From: Chloroflexota bacterium
Lineage (GTDB): Bacteria; Chloroflexota; Limnocylindria; QHBO01
Assembly (NCBI GenBank): GCA_013697395.1
Contig: JACCWY010000219.1
Coordinates: 1 to 32,365, forward strand
DNA length: 32,365 bases
Reading direction: 5' to 3'
This document shows positions 31,807 through 32,365 of this stretch, piece by piece. Both the position numbers and the translations under genes were made by a program. The notes beneath the pieces are model-generated. The model saw only the letters and a program-made list of their open reading frames with translations, made no database searches and had not been told where the DNA came from. The first letter of the stretch is position 1. Each line of letters begins with the position of its first letter.

Positions 31807-32365
31807 TCGCTCCTCCAGCCAGCGTCGCGAGGCGGCTCGCGGCCTTGGCCAGTGTCTCTTCACGCTTGGGGAAGGCGAAGCGCACCTTCGTGCGCCCGAG
31901 CTCCGGACGTGAGTAGAACGACGAGCCCGGGACGGAGGCGACCCCCGGGCGCTCCGTCAGCCGTCGCGCGAAGGTGACGTCGTCCTCGTCCGTGACGCCG
32001 CTGATGTCGGCCATGACGTAGTACGCGCCGTCCGGCACGAATGGCCGCAGCCCGGCTGCCTCCAGGGAGGGCAGGATCAGATCTCGCCGGCGACGGTAGT
32101 CCGCGGCGAGGCTCGCGTAGTAGTCGTCCGCCAGCGCCAGCGCCACCGCCCCTGCCGCCTGGAGCGGTGCGGCCGCCCCGACCGTCAGGAAGTCGTGCAC
32201 CTTGCGGATCGCGTTCGTCAGCGGCGCCGCGGCACCCACCGTCAGGAAGTCATGCACCTTGCGGATGGCCGCGGTCAGCAGCGGAGAGGCAATGACCCAG
32301 CCCACGCGCCAGCCGGTAACTGAATAGGTCTTGGACATTGCATTGATGGTGACCGTGCGGTCGGC
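31793..32365 (-). CDS. class I/II pyridoxal-phosphate-dependent aminotransferase, C-terminal part (gene continues past the right edge)
   Basis: The minus strand is open to the window edge and reads ADRTVTINAMSKTYSVTGWRVGW (SK = PLP lysine context). Later come ..PFVPDGAYYVMADI.. and ..GSSFY..VRFAFPKREETL. It contains the tandem duplication listed separately. Confidence 0.85.
   Translation of the reverse strand, partial: ADRTVTINAMSKTYSVTGWRVGWVIASPLLTAAIRKVHDFLTVGAAAPLTNAIRKVHDFLTVGAAAPLQAAGAVALALADDYYASLAADYRRRRDLILPSLEAAGLRPFVPDGAYYVMADISGVTDEDDVTFARRLTERPGVASVPGSSFYSRPELGRTKVRFAFPKREETLAKAASRLATLAGGAITRR
32165..32278 (-). repeat. in-frame 57-nt tandem duplication (2 x 19 codons) inside the aminotransferase gene
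   Basis: Copy A is 32222-32278 (LTAAIRKVHDFLTVGAAAP). Copy B is 32165-32221 (LTNAIRKVHDFLTVGAAAP). 46 of 57 nt are identical. Confidence 0.9.

Noticed and set aside
1-32365. Search for CRISPR arrays, tRNA/rRNA genes, transposases, integrases, phage genes and toxin-antitoxin pairs
   Set aside because: I saw no regularly spaced direct repeats. No intergenic region has tRNA-like T-arm sequences. No ORF has DDE/tyrosine-recombinase-like or phage structural signatures. The window looks like core or accessory chromosome rather than a mobile island.

Overview
By eye this is a very GC-rich (about 70%, not computed), gene-dense bacterial chromosome segment. Its content suggests Actinomycetota-like: an F420/LLM-type oxidoreductase, a DinB-type protein, and many leaderless-looking starts. 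I can support about 38 protein-coding genes. I saw no rRNA, tRNA, CRISPR array, transposase or integrase. Gene content, left to right:
- a BMP-type ABC importer operon ending in a yeast-Fcy1-type cytosine deaminase
- an uncharacterised envelope module on the minus strand: a 27-aa membrane peptide, a zinc-ribbon/TM/beta-sandwich protein, and an internally duplicated His-rich helical protein
- an EVE-domain protein, an LLM oxidoreductase, an SDR and an MFS transporter
- an XRE-HTH+TPR regulator with a convergent 35-codon pre-peptide-like ORF
- a detoxification-like plus-strand cluster: Vgb-like lipoprotein, DedA, DUF1059-like, MBL lactonase-like, DinB, APH-like kinase and an ion channel
- an OmpR-type two-component system with PepSY and lipoprotein partners
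- GNAT, MFS, an AroK-like kinase, a BtpA remnant, DUF1761, an AlkZ/YcaQ-type glycosylase, DUF3224, an O-methyltransferase, a membrane protein, a cupin and a partial aminotransferase

Main points for a second look:
- A possible RNPP-like regulator/peptide pair.
- The envelope module.
- Four clear frameshift-disrupted genes, plus one possible.
- A recurring TANNNT-N6/7-start leaderless geometry.
- A tandem 11-bp-period box upstream of the response regulator.
- A 57-nt in-frame tandem duplication in the aminotransferase whose copies differ almost only at synonymous sites.

All family assignments come from motif recognition by eye, not from searches.
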